Of a stretch of 64,000 nucleotides of DNA, positions 32,869-41,276 are shown in pieces. The stretch spans positions 122,661 to 186,660 of the forward strand of contig JBOGKQ010000001.1 in assembly GCA_050747905.1 (NCBI GenBank), read 5' to 3'. Under the pieces are notes generated by a model. It saw only the letters and a program-made list of their open reading frames with translations. It did no database searches and was not told where the DNA came from. Position 1 is the stretch's first letter, and each line of letters starts with the position of its first letter. Position numbers and translations under genes: made by a program. Source of the stretch: Terriglobales bacterium (GTDB lineage Bacteria > Acidobacteriota > Terriglobia > Terriglobales > SCQP01).

Positions 32869-33970
32869 AAGCCAAAGCGACAATGGCGTCCTGGCCGGCG
32901 GCCTTGAAGGCGGGATAGAGTGCGCCCACGCCGCTCGAGACGAGCGCAATCACCGCCGCCAGAACCACCCATTGCCAGGTCATTTCCATGCTCAAGGTCG
33001 GGAAGATGTGCGTGAAGGAGCGCCACAGTCCGTAGGCAATCGCCACGCCGGCGATCACCCCCAGGACCGCCAGCAGCTCGCTCTCGCGCAAGATCCCCTT
33101 CACAATATACCCGCGCGAAGCGCCCAGCGCCTTCAAAATCCCCACCTCGCGCGTTCGTTCCTGCACGGTGGTGTAGAGGGAGAGAAAAATGACCAGAAAC
33201 CCGATGATCACCGCAATGCTGATCATCACCCGCTGGAAGACGTTGATCGCCGGCGAGATTGTACTCGCGGTAAAAAGGGACAGGTACTGGCGCATCGAAT
33301 CGATCTTTTCCGCCGGCGCCAGGGCCCGCAGCCGCTGCACCACCGTATGCACGTCCGTGCCGTGCGCGATCTTGACATAAAACACCGAGGCTCGGCCGGG
33401 CGTGCCCGCCAGCGCGTCCAGCGTGTCCAGCGGCACGTAGACGCGCGAGCCCATCCCATGCTCGAAAATCCCGACCAGCGTGAAGTTCCGGCCGAGCATG
33501 CGGATGACCTCGCCCAGGTGATAGTGCTGCGACGCCGCCTGCAGGTCGTCAGCGATCATCTCCGTGCTGCCCGGCGCGAACCCATGCCCCTGGACAAACC
33601 GGAAACCCCCGCTGACGGCATCGAACTGCCCCGGGTTGATTCCGCCAATCACCATTTCGGAAGGGCCCAGCATCGCTGCCACGGGTGCGACCGCCTGCAC
33701 ACCCGGCACGCGCGCAAACACCTCGCCCATCTTCAGGGGCAAGGTATTGCCACTCAACTGGGCAAGGACCGAACTGGCGCCGCTGCGCACCAGGATGTCG
33801 GCGCCTACGCCCTGGATGCGATTGCGCTGGTCGTTGATCATGCCCTGGACCAGACCCACGACCATCAGGATCAGAATGACTTCGATGGCGACCGCGGCGA
33901 TGCTCACCAGGCTGCGCGTGGGCCGCCGCCGCAGGTCGGCCACGATCATGCGGTTCATCATGCGCGTCAT
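32861..33970 (-). CDS. FtsX/MacB-type ABC transporter permease (no cognate ATPase adjacent)
   Basis: N-terminal TM (ADLRRRPTRSLVSIAAVAIEV), a ~200-aa periplasmic domain and a C-terminal FtsX 3-helix bundle (EVGILKALGASRGYI). Overlaps degT by 4 nt and glmM by 8 nt. Confidence 0.8.
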   Translation of the reverse strand: MTRMMNRMIVADLRRRPTRSLVSIAAVAIEVILILMVVGLVQGMINDQRNRIQGVGADILVRSGASSVLAQLSGNTLPLKMGEVFARVPGVQAVAPVAAMLGPSEMVIGGINPGQFDAVSGGFRFVQGHGFAPGSTEMIADDLQAASQHYHLGEVIRMLGRNFTLVGIFEHGMGSRVYVPLDTLDALAGTPGRASVFYVKIAHGTDVHTVVQRLRALAPAEKIDSMRQYLSLFTASTISPAINVFQRVMISIAVIIGFLVIFLSLYTTVQERTREVGILKALGASRGYIVKGILRESELLAVLGVIAGVAIAYGLWRSFTHIFPTLSMEMTWQWVVLAAVIALVSSGVGALYPAFKAAGQDAIVALAYE

Positions 33971-35085
33971 CGCAGGGCCTCGATCACGCGCTCGATTTCC
34001 TCACTCTCCAGCTCCGGGTACATGGGCAGCGCCAGGACCTCGCGGCTGGCCGCCTCGGCGTGCGGCAGCGCCGCGCCGGGCGCATACGCGCGCAGCGCCG
34101 GCTGCTGGTGCAGCGGAGTGGGGTAGTAAATTTCCGTGCCGATCTGGCGTTCTTCAAGGCGCGCGCGCACCGCATCCCGGTCGCGCACGCCGATGACGTA
34201 CTGATGGAAACCGTGGCCAGGCACGCGCTCGGGCAAGCTGATGCCCTCCAAGCCGCGCAGCCCCTTTTCATACTGGGCGGCAATCTCGCGCCGCCGCCGG
34301 ATCCAGCCCCTCAAATGCGGCAGTTTGGCCCGCAATATGGCTGCCTGCATCTCCTGCATGCGCCCATTCCAGCCCATGGTCTCGTGCTCATAGCGGCGTC
34401 GGCTGCCGTGCGCGCGCAGCAACCGCAGCCGGTCGAGCACCGCGGGATCGCGGCTGGTGACCAGGCCGCCTTCGCCCAGCGCGCCCAGATTCTTGGTGGG
34501 GTAAAAACTAAAGGCGGCGGCGGCGCCCCAAGCGCCCGCGGGGCGGCCATCCAGGGAAGCACCCAGCGCCTGGGCGGCATCTTCCACCACGGGTATTTCA
34601 CCGGCATCGGCCAAGTGCAGAATGGCCGGCATATCCGCCAGACGGCCATACAGGTGCACCGGCAGGATGGCGCCGATGCGCTCCCGCCGCGGCCGCTGCA
34701 GAGCCGCCGCCAGCGCCGCCGGAGCGATATTGTAGCTGGCCGGGTCAGTGTCCACAAACTCCGGCTTGGCTCCCGCCAGTATAATGGCGCCCGCTGTGGC
34801 GAAAAAGCTGAAGGCGGTGGTCAGCACCACGTCGCCGGGGCCGACGCCCACCGCCCGTAGGGCAAGATGGAGAGCATCGGTGCCGCTGGAGCAGGTAACC
34901 GCCTCCACCCCCGGCTGGCGGCCATCGCTGAGCGCGGCGGCGGTGACTTCAGACTCGAACGCCGCGCATTCCGGACCTTGCACGTAGCGGCCCGAAGCCA
35001 GCACCCGCTGCACCGCTGCGGCCACAGCCGGCCCCACGCTGGCGTTCTGGCGGGCTAGGGAAAACGGAGGGATGAATTCGGGCAT
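33967..35085 (-). CDS. DegT/DnrJ/EryC1/StrS-family PLP-dependent aminotransferase
   Basis: The N-terminal pattern ...SGRYVQGPECAAFESE...CSSGTDALHLAL..., FYPTKNLGALGEGG with the PLP-lysine context, and the length fit the family. Confidence 0.85.
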   Translation of the reverse strand: MPEFIPPFSLARQNASVGPAVAAAVQRVLASGRYVQGPECAAFESEVTAAALSDGRQPGVEAVTCSSGTDALHLALRAVGVGPGDVVLTTAFSFFATAGAIILAGAKPEFVDTDPASYNIAPAALAAALQRPRRERIGAILPVHLYGRLADMPAILHLADAGEIPVVEDAAQALGASLDGRPAGAWGAAAAFSFYPTKNLGALGEGGLVTSRDPAVLDRLRLLRAHGSRRRYEHETMGWNGRMQEMQAAILRAKLPHLRGWIRRRREIAAQYEKGLRGLEGISLPERVPGHGFHQYVIGVRDRDAVRARLEERQIGTEIYYPTPLHQQPALRAYAPGAALPHAEAASREVLALPMYPELESEEIERVIEALR

Positions 35086-35133
35086 GCTTGCTGTTCCAGT
35101 CTACCTTCCCTTAGACTGAAGTTGAGCCCCTCA

Positions 35134-35553
35134 ATGAACGACGCCGGTGCATACGACCGCATGGACTGGATCTCGCTGGATAATTTCCTGACCACTCATC
35201 CCGCCCTCAAGAAGATCACGCGCTGGTTCTTGGCGCACCCGGAAGAGCTGCTGACTGCGGATGCCTTCTCGGCCGCTTATGGCCAGCCCGCAAGCTGGCT
35301 GGATCTCAAGGGACTGGTCGTCCACAAAGTCCTGAGTCCCTACGATCCCCAAGGCTCGTTGATCTCCCTGCCGTTGGTGATTGATGCCGCCACCCGCTTC
35401 CGCTTCAACCCTAAGCTCGAGAAGCTGGTCGCCGATGTGCTCGAAAAGGTCAAGCCCGGTCCGCGTCCGGACACCGTCTACCCGGAAGAGACCGAGCACG
35501 GCCCCAGCGCCGGGCGCTCTTGGCAGGGCTGGAAAACCCTTCCCCCCGCTTAG
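35134..35553 (+). CDS. Hypothetical protein
   Basis: 139-aa ORF with strong GC3 coding bias and no recognised motif. Its stop codon overlaps the stop of the convergent gene. Confidence 0.55.
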   Translation: MNDAGAYDRMDWISLDNFLTTHPALKKITRWFLAHPEELLTADAFSAAYGQPASWLDLKGLVVHKVLSPYDPQGSLISLPLVIDAATRFRFNPKLEKLVADVLEKVKPGPRPDTVYPEETEHGPSAGRSWQGWKTLPPA

Positions 35554-36653
35554 CAGTCCAGCTTCCAGACCGTCAGCTTTTCCACGCGCTCGCGGCGGAC
35601 GGCATAGCCCAGGCCGGAGCCGGCCGGGGCGGCGATGGTCCCGCGTGCCGTAACCGTAACCTCCGGCTCGATGATGTCTTCCGCCCAATATCGTTGGCTG
35701 GCTGAAATGTCGCCCGGCAGCGAGAAATTAGGCAACATTGACAGCGCGATATTGGCCGCCCTCCCCACTCCCGATTCCAGCATGCCTCCGCACCATACCG
35801 GCATGCCCACCGCCTGCGCGGCGTCGTGCACCGCGCGGGCGGAACTAAACCCGCCCACCCGCCCGAGCTTGATGTTGATGATGCGGCAGGCGCCCAGCTC
35901 CGCCGCCAGCTCGACATCGCGGGCATGATGGATGCTCTCATCGAGGCACAGCGGCGTCGTCATCTGCCGCTGCAAGCGCGCATGCAGACGGATATCGTCG
36001 TCGAACAGCGGCTGCTCCAGCAGCATCAGATGGAAGCGGTCGAGCGCCACCAGCATGGCGCTGTCGTCGAGGGTGTAGGCAGAGTTGGCGTCGGCGGTGA
36101 GGGCTATGTCGGCAAAGCGTTCGCGCACGCGCTCGACCACGGCGGCGTCCCAGCCGGGCTTGATCTTGATTTTGATGCGCTGGTAGCCGGCTTCCAGTTC
36201 GCGGGCGATGCTAGTCAGCAATTCTTCCACCGATTCCTTGATGCCGAGGGAGACGCCGCAGGCGGTTTCGGTGCGCGTACCGCCCAGCAGTTGCCACAGC
36301 GGCTTGTCCTGCTGTTCCGCCAGCGCCGCCCAGACCGCATTTTCGATCCCGGCGCGGGCCATGCGGTGGCCTTTGATGGGCTGCATGGCGCGCCCCACCG
36401 CAGCCGCGCTGTTGAACGTTTTGCCGAGTACGAGCGGGATGGCGAAATCTTTCAGCACGACGGCGGCCAGGTCGGTGCTCTCGTGGTTGTAGTAAGGCGC
36501 TTCGCCGCAGGTGACCTCGCCCCAGCCCTCGACGCCATCCACCCGGACCTGGACCAGCAAAATGCGCCGCTCCTGCATGCGGGCGAAGCTGGTCTCGAAC
36601 GGCGTTACCAGCGGCATCCGGATTTCCCGCAGCGTAATGTGCTCGATTTTCAC
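35550..36653 (-). CDS. Enolase-superfamily o-succinylbenzoate synthase / N-acylamino acid racemase-type enzyme
   Basis: GTG start (VKIEHITLREIRMPLVTPFETSF) overlapping the upstream stop (GTGA). Catalytic pattern KIKIKPG (KxK), ADANSAY (Asp), LEQP (Glu), LDES (Asp) and INIKLGRVGG (Lys). Confidence 0.8.
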   Translation of the reverse strand: MKIEHITLREIRMPLVTPFETSFARMQERRILLVQVRVDGVEGWGEVTCGEAPYYNHESTDLAAVVLKDFAIPLVLGKTFNSAAAVGRAMQPIKGHRMARAGIENAVWAALAEQQDKPLWQLLGGTRTETACGVSLGIKESVEELLTSIARELEAGYQRIKIKIKPGWDAAVVERVRERFADIALTADANSAYTLDDSAMLVALDRFHLMLLEQPLFDDDIRLHARLQRQMTTPLCLDESIHHARDVELAAELGACRIINIKLGRVGGFSSARAVHDAAQAVGMPVWCGGMLESGVGRAANIALSMLPNFSLPGDISASQRYWAEDIIEPEVTVTARGTIAAPAGSGLGYAVRRERVEKLTVWKLDC

Positions 36654-37444
36654 GCCTTCACCTCGGGCACGCCCGGCCCCACCAGGAACGTCCCCCCGCC
36701 CGGCTCCAGCCGGTAACCCAGCGCGGCGTGACCCGAGGCAAAGGCGGCCGACAGCTCCTTCCTCACCTTCACCTGGGCCTCCAGCGCGCGCGCGTCGTTC
36801 TGCTGCTTCCAGATTTGTACCTCGCTGGGCACCGTGACTGACGTGGCGTAGACGGGTTCCGGCTGCGCCTCGCCCCGCGCCGCGGCCTCCACGCGCGGCG
36901 AGCGCAACCACCATTCCGCCGTCAGCCGGTCGGTGGGCAGACCCGCCTGCAACTTGCTGCTGCTGGTGCCGTAGAGGTTCGCGTGGTAGCGGCGTGCGAT
37001 GGCGCCCAGCACGCCAAGGTTGAAGTAGCCGTTGATGATCTCCAGAGGGTCAAACGTCCATTCAATCAGCTCCAGACCCAGCTCCAATGCCGCTTCCCGC
37101 TGCTTGAGCTTGAGGCGGCGGCCCAGCCCCTGGTTGCGCAGTGATGCCGCCACTGCCAGCATGTGGGAATGCCAGAAGGTTTGGCCGGGTCGGTGACCCG
37201 GCAGAGCCAGGGTGAAGCCCACCAGGCGTTCGCTTCCCCCTTCGCGGTTCATGGCTCCCAGCACCTGGCCGCCTATCTTGCGCGCCACCACGAAGATGCG
37301 CCGCGGCACCAGATCCAGATCGCTGAAGCCCCAGGCCTCGCGCTGCAGCTCGACACACGCCTCCATCTCGTCCGCGGTTTCCAGCGGCCGGATGATCACC
37401 TCGGGCGCTAGGCCCGAGCTTCGTTCTGCTTTACCTGCCGCCAT
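36650..37444 (-). CDS. GNAT-family acyltransferase (two-lobed, ~265 aa)
   Basis: Acyl-CoA-binding-like LRNQGLGRRLK. A GGGAG SD precedes the ATG at 37444. An alternative GTG start at 37399 would remove the 37-nt overlap with mazG. Confidence 0.65.
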   Translation of the reverse strand: MAAGKAERSSGLAPEVIIRPLETADEMEACVELQREAWGFSDLDLVPRRIFVVARKIGGQVLGAMNREGGSERLVGFTLALPGHRPGQTFWHSHMLAVAASLRNQGLGRRLKLKQREAALELGLELIEWTFDPLEIINGYFNLGVLGAIARRYHANLYGTSSSKLQAGLPTDRLTAEWWLRSPRVEAAARGEAQPEPVYATSVTVPSEVQIWKQQNDARALEAQVKVRKELSAAFASGHAALGYRLEPGGGTFLVGPGVPEVKA

Positions 37445-38226
37445 AGTTGCTCCCATTCCTCCGCCGCTCTGGCGCCCCCTCCGCCCCGCTCCTCCATGGC
37501 GCGAAATCGCCGCGCGAACTTCTGGTTGGCGTGTTTGAGCGCGGCCTCGGCATCCAGCCCGAGATGGCGTGCCAGATTGGCGGCGGTAAACAGCATATCC
37601 CCCAGCTCTTCTTCAAGCTGCGCCGGCGGCTGCCCGGCGCGCTCGGCGGCCTGCAGCTCCGCGATTTCCTCCTCGAGCTTTTCCCATACGCCGGCCGCGC
37701 CTGACCAATCAAAACCCACGCCGGCGGCGCGCTGGCCCAGCTTGCCAGCCTCAGCCAACCCCGGCAGGGTCCGCACAATGCCGCTCAGCGTGGACGCGTC
37801 GGCGCGCTTGCCCTCCGCCGCCTTGGCGGCGTTCCAATGCGCTAGGGCCGCAGTCGCGTCCGCTGCCTGGGCGTCGCCAAAAACGTGGGGATGGCGGCGC
37901 ACCAGTTTTTCTGCCAGCTCGTCGAGCACCTCGGCAAGCGTGAAATAACCCGCCTCCGCCGCCATCTGCGCGTAAAAGATGGCCTGCAGCAGCAGGTCCC
38001 CCAACTCTTCGCGCAGTCCCTCCCAGTTGCGCGCGCTGATCGCCTCCAGCACTTCGTAGGCTTCCTCCAGCGTGTTGGCACGGATGCTGTCGAAGGTCTG
38101 CTCGCGATCCCACGCACAACCGTCGGGCGCGCGCAAGCGCCGCATAATCTCCACCACGCGCGCGAACCGGTCCTCTATGATGGAACGGGAAGGGTCTTCA
38201 GTGTGCAAGCTTGGAGTTTGACACAT
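37408..38226 (-). CDS. mazG: Nucleoside triphosphate pyrophosphohydrolase MazG
   Basis: Tandem MazG domains: RVVEIMRRLRAPDGCAWDREQTFDSI..LEEAYEVLEAI, EELGDLLLQ, and a second EEELGDMLF. The start is uncertain (ATG 38226 or TTG 38208). Confidence 0.85.
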   Translation of the reverse strand: MCQTPSLHTEDPSRSIIEDRFARVVEIMRRLRAPDGCAWDREQTFDSIRANTLEEAYEVLEAISARNWEGLREELGDLLLQAIFYAQMAAEAGYFTLAEVLDELAEKLVRRHPHVFGDAQAADATAALAHWNAAKAAEGKRADASTLSGIVRTLPGLAEAGKLGQRAAGVGFDWSGAAGVWEKLEEEIAELQAAERAGQPPAQLEEELGDMLFTAANLARHLGLDAEAALKHANQKFARRFRAMEERGGGGARAAEEWEQLWRQVKQNEARA

Positions 38227-39213
38227 CCGGCGCCCGTCGGCCAAAACCCGTTGGAACTGCGGGAGATCCCCGAACCCGAGCCTGGGCCGGGACAAGTGCG
38301 GGTGCGGGTGCGAGCGTGTGGCATTTGCCGTACGGATTTGCATCTGGTCGAAGGCGAACTGCCGCTGAGGCGGGAGCACGTCACCCCCGGCCATCAGGTG
38401 GTGGGCGAAATTACTGCCTTGGGCACGGGAGTGGAACAGCTCCGGCAGGGCCAGCGCGTGGGGGTGGCGTGGTTGCACCAGACCTGTGGGGTATGCCGCT
38501 TTTGCCGGGCGGACCAGGAAAACTTGTGTGAGCGCGCCGAGTTTACCGGCTGGACGGTGCCCGGTGGCTACGCCGAAGCCTTGCTCGCTGCCGCCGATTT
38601 TGTCTATCCGATTCCGGAAGGACTGGACGACCTGCAGGCGGCTCCGTTACTGTGCGCTGGCATAATCGGCTATCGCTGTCTGCGGCTGTGCGGTATCGCG
38701 CCGGGTGCCTGGCCGGGGGCGAAACTGGGAATCTACGGGTTCGGGGCGGCCGGCCACATCGCCATCCAGATTGCCCGCTTTCGTGGCGCCGAGGTCTTCG
38801 TCTGCACCCGCGATCACTCCCGTCACCAGCGCCTGGCGCGGGAGCTGGGAGCGGCCTGGGTGGGCGACGCCGCCGCCACCCCGCCCGTGCTGCTCGATGC
38901 CGCACTGATGTTTGCGCCCGCGGGCGAGCTGGTGCCGCCCGCGCTGCGCGCCCTCGATGCTGGAGGCACGCTGGTGCTGGGCGGCATCCACTTGAGCTGC
39001 ATCCCCCCGCTCCATTACAACTGGCTGTATCGGGAGCGGGTGATACGCAGCGTGGCCAACAACACGCGCGCCGATGGGCGCGAGTTTCTGGCCGAGGCCC
39101 AGCTCGCCGGCGTCAACACCCGCATTCAGAAATTCCCTTTTTCCCATGCCAATCAGGCCCTCGCCGCCCTGAAAAACGATGCCATTGCCGGCGCCGGCGT
39201 CCTGGCGCTTTAG
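38203..39213 (+). CDS. Zinc-dependent alcohol dehydrogenase family oxidoreductase
   Basis: GTG start gives VQAWSL...LELREIPEPEPGPGQVRVRVRACGICRTDLH (catalytic Zn Cys/His), a structural Zn Cys cluster (CGVCRFC...C) and the Rossmann motif GIYGFGAAGH. Confidence 0.8.
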   Translation: MQAWSLTHPAPVGQNPLELREIPEPEPGPGQVRVRVRACGICRTDLHLVEGELPLRREHVTPGHQVVGEITALGTGVEQLRQGQRVGVAWLHQTCGVCRFCRADQENLCERAEFTGWTVPGGYAEALLAAADFVYPIPEGLDDLQAAPLLCAGIIGYRCLRLCGIAPGAWPGAKLGIYGFGAAGHIAIQIARFRGAEVFVCTRDHSRHQRLARELGAAWVGDAAATPPVLLDAALMFAPAGELVPPALRALDAGGTLVLGGIHLSCIPPLHYNWLYRERVIRSVANNTRADGREFLAEAQLAGVNTRIQKFPFSHANQALAALKNDAIAGAGVLAL

Positions 39214-39237
39214 CTTGTCCAGACGCCGTGACTCTTA

Positions 39238-39258
39238 CCCGCTGTGAGCGCCAGCGGG
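39238..39258 (+). terminator. Hairpin downstream of the dehydrogenase gene (CCCGCTG-7 nt-CAGCGGG)
   Basis: Perfect 7-bp stem 25 nt after the stop. No U-tract. Confidence 0.3.
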
Positions 39259-39444
39259 CGGCCCTTCAACCCTTCCCCCATCACTTCTAATTCCTGGGAA
39301 GGGTCGAGACGCCAGCCGGGCGAGGACCTGTCGCGGGGGTCGCGCCGCTTTGCACCGTGGGCAAAATCGACGCGAAGGGCTGCGAAATTCGGAACGGCGG
39401 CCCGCCCCCGGGGAAACATGCAGGCGCGGCCCCAGCGACGCGCA

Positions 39445-39512
39445 GCGTCGGGTTGGGGCCAAGGGCCCCCAACCCGCCCTGCGCACTCACAGCAGGGCGG
39501 GCAACCCGACGC
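39445..39512. other. GC-rich three-way-junction-capable element in a convergent intergenic region
   Basis: An 11-bp outer helix (39445-39455 GCGTCGGGTTG with 39502-39512 CAACCCGACGC) encloses hairpin 39456-39468 (GGGCC-aag-GGCCC) and hairpin 39573-equivalent 39473-39501 (10-bp stem, 9-nt loop). All pairs are Watson-Crick, so the strand cannot be assigned. Confidence 0.35.
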
Positions 39513-39584
39513 GAGCATAAGCGGGGCGCGCGGCGAAGCCGCGCTGGGGCCCGCGCCAACATTTCGCCCTGCCCGCGGTTTTAG

Positions 39585-40790
39585 TCATCCCAGCAGGGAG
39601 GGCGCGGATCGCGGGGCTTCCGGACCCGCCCGCGGGCGCTCCGGGCGCAGTACCGCACGGAGCAACAAAGGGCCGATCAGCGTGGTCAACACCGCCATGG
39701 CGACGCCGATGGAATAGTAGACGCTCGGGATGGCGGGCATGCGCAGGCTTTCGGTGGCGACCACAATGCCGACTTCGCCGCGCGGAATCATGCCGAGGCC
39801 GACCAGCAGCGCCGAGCGCCGGCCCAGCGGCAGTGCCGAGAGCCCGCAGGCGAGCAGCTTGGCGACGATGGCAATCAAGGTTAGCGCGGCGATCAGCTCC
39901 AGATTGCGTGAATTTTTCAGCGCCTGCGGGCTCAATTTGAGCCCGATGTTGGCCAGGAAAAACGGCACCACGAAGCTGCTCACAGCTTCGGCTCGGGCGC
40001 GCAGCGCGGGCGCGATTTCTTCCGATTCGCTAACAAAGAGACCCGCCAGAAATGAGCCCATAATCGCGGCCAGGCCGATATAGGCCGACATGGCGGAAAA
40101 GCCGAGCAGCACGATCAACGCGAACGTCCACTGCGGGGCTGCCGTGCGCAGCCGGCCCAGCCGGCGGCGCAGGCGCGGCACAGCTTCGCGGCGCAGGAAC
40201 AGCACCACGATGAAAAACAGCCCCACGAACACGACCGTGAGCAGGAGGTTGATCCAGTGCGATTGGGAGGTGGCGAAGCTGGTGAGCATGGACAGCGCCA
40301 GCAGGCCGAGAATGTCGTCGAGGACGGCGGCGCCGAGGATGACCCGGCCAAAAGTGGTGTTCAGGGCCCCGAAGTCGGTCAGTATTTTCGCCGTTATACC
40401 GATGCTGGTGGCCACCAAAAGCGTTCCCACGAAGCGCGCGGTCACCGCGTTTTCGCCAATCGCAGCCGCAAACAACCATCCCAGCGCCAGCGGCGTGATC
40501 ACGCCGAAAAAGCCGACTGCGAGGCTGACGTAGCCGTGCTCGGTCATGTCCTCGGGCTCGGTGTGCAGGCCGGTTTCAAACAGCAGAAAGATGACGCCGA
40601 CTTCCGCCATGAAGTCGAGCGTGGGCGAGGGCGCCACCCAATGCAGCAGTCCGGGGCCCACGATGAAGCCGGCGACGATCTGGCCAATCAGGCCGGGCTG
40701 GCGCAGGCGCTCGAAGACCTCTTCACCGAGTTTGGCGGCCACAAACAGTAGAAACAGACTGAGCAGTGGCTGAAGCGCTTCCGGCTGCAC
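39585..40790 (-). CDS. Cation:proton antiporter (CPA2 / Kef-NapA type)
   Basis: 401-aa polytopic protein. The N-terminus LLLFVAAKLGEEVFERLRQPGLIGQIVAGFIVGP is typical of Na+/H+ exchanger family proteins. Confidence 0.8.
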   Translation of the reverse strand: MQPEALQPLLSLFLLFVAAKLGEEVFERLRQPGLIGQIVAGFIVGPGLLHWVAPSPTLDFMAEVGVIFLLFETGLHTEPEDMTEHGYVSLAVGFFGVITPLALGWLFAAAIGENAVTARFVGTLLVATSIGITAKILTDFGALNTTFGRVILGAAVLDDILGLLALSMLTSFATSQSHWINLLLTVVFVGLFFIVVLFLRREAVPRLRRRLGRLRTAAPQWTFALIVLLGFSAMSAYIGLAAIMGSFLAGLFVSESEEIAPALRARAEAVSSFVVPFFLANIGLKLSPQALKNSRNLELIAALTLIAIVAKLLACGLSALPLGRRSALLVGLGMIPRGEVGIVVATESLRMPAIPSVYYSIGVAMAVLTTLIGPLLLRAVLRPERPRAGPEAPRSAPSLLG

Positions 40791-40873
40791 GCTCTTCTAC
40801 GTTAACGCCGGCGACTACACGCGGCAACTTGCTGACGCCCTGAGCGCCCGCGGGCGTCCGTTGCCGGCCGCGC

Positions 40874-41272
40874 TCAGTGCAGGCCCAGGCGGCCGAGGAT
40901 GACGGTCAAAATGATCACCGCCAGAACCGCGCCGCACACCAGAACGAACTTGCGGTCGCCATCCCCCCAGAACGTGATGAAGGCGGCCAGCACCCGGGAA
41001 ACGGGCGTGAGGATGAGGATCACCGTGGCGGCCACCATCAACGCGGTGGGATCGAGATGGGCGAGGCCGCGCCAAAAACCCGCCCAGGAAACCGCAGGGG
41101 CGGCCCCCAGCGAGATGGATTCATGCCGGCCGAGGGCGCGCAGCACCCCCGCGGCGAACAGGACCGAGCTCGCCACCATTCCCCAGAGCAGCGCCTTGTA
41201 GACTACTACGTACACATTGGCCGGCGCTTCGTAAATCCGGCTCGAACTTGGCGGATCGGGGGGCTTGGGCAT
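40874..41272 (-). CDS. DUF1634-like small membrane protein (partner of TauE/SafE exporter)
   Basis: 132 aa with 3-4 TM helices, immediately downstream (4-nt gap) of a TauE/SafE gene, a pairing I recall as typical for DUF1634. Confidence 0.55.
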   Translation of the reverse strand: MPKPPDPPSSSRIYEAPANVYVVVYKALLWGMVASSVLFAAGVLRALGRHESISLGAAPAVSWAGFWRGLAHLDPTALMVAATVILILTPVSRVLAAFITFWGDGDRKFVLVCGAVLAVIILTVILGRLGLH

Positions 41273-41276
41273 GGCG

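Noticed and set aside
39244-39717. 157-aa + strand ORF and 83-102-aa minus-strand ORFs in the long convergent spacer
   Set aside because: The composition is Arg/Pro/Gly-rich, and one runs antisense into the antiporter gene. There is no SD or motif support. The region is treated as non-coding and structured instead.
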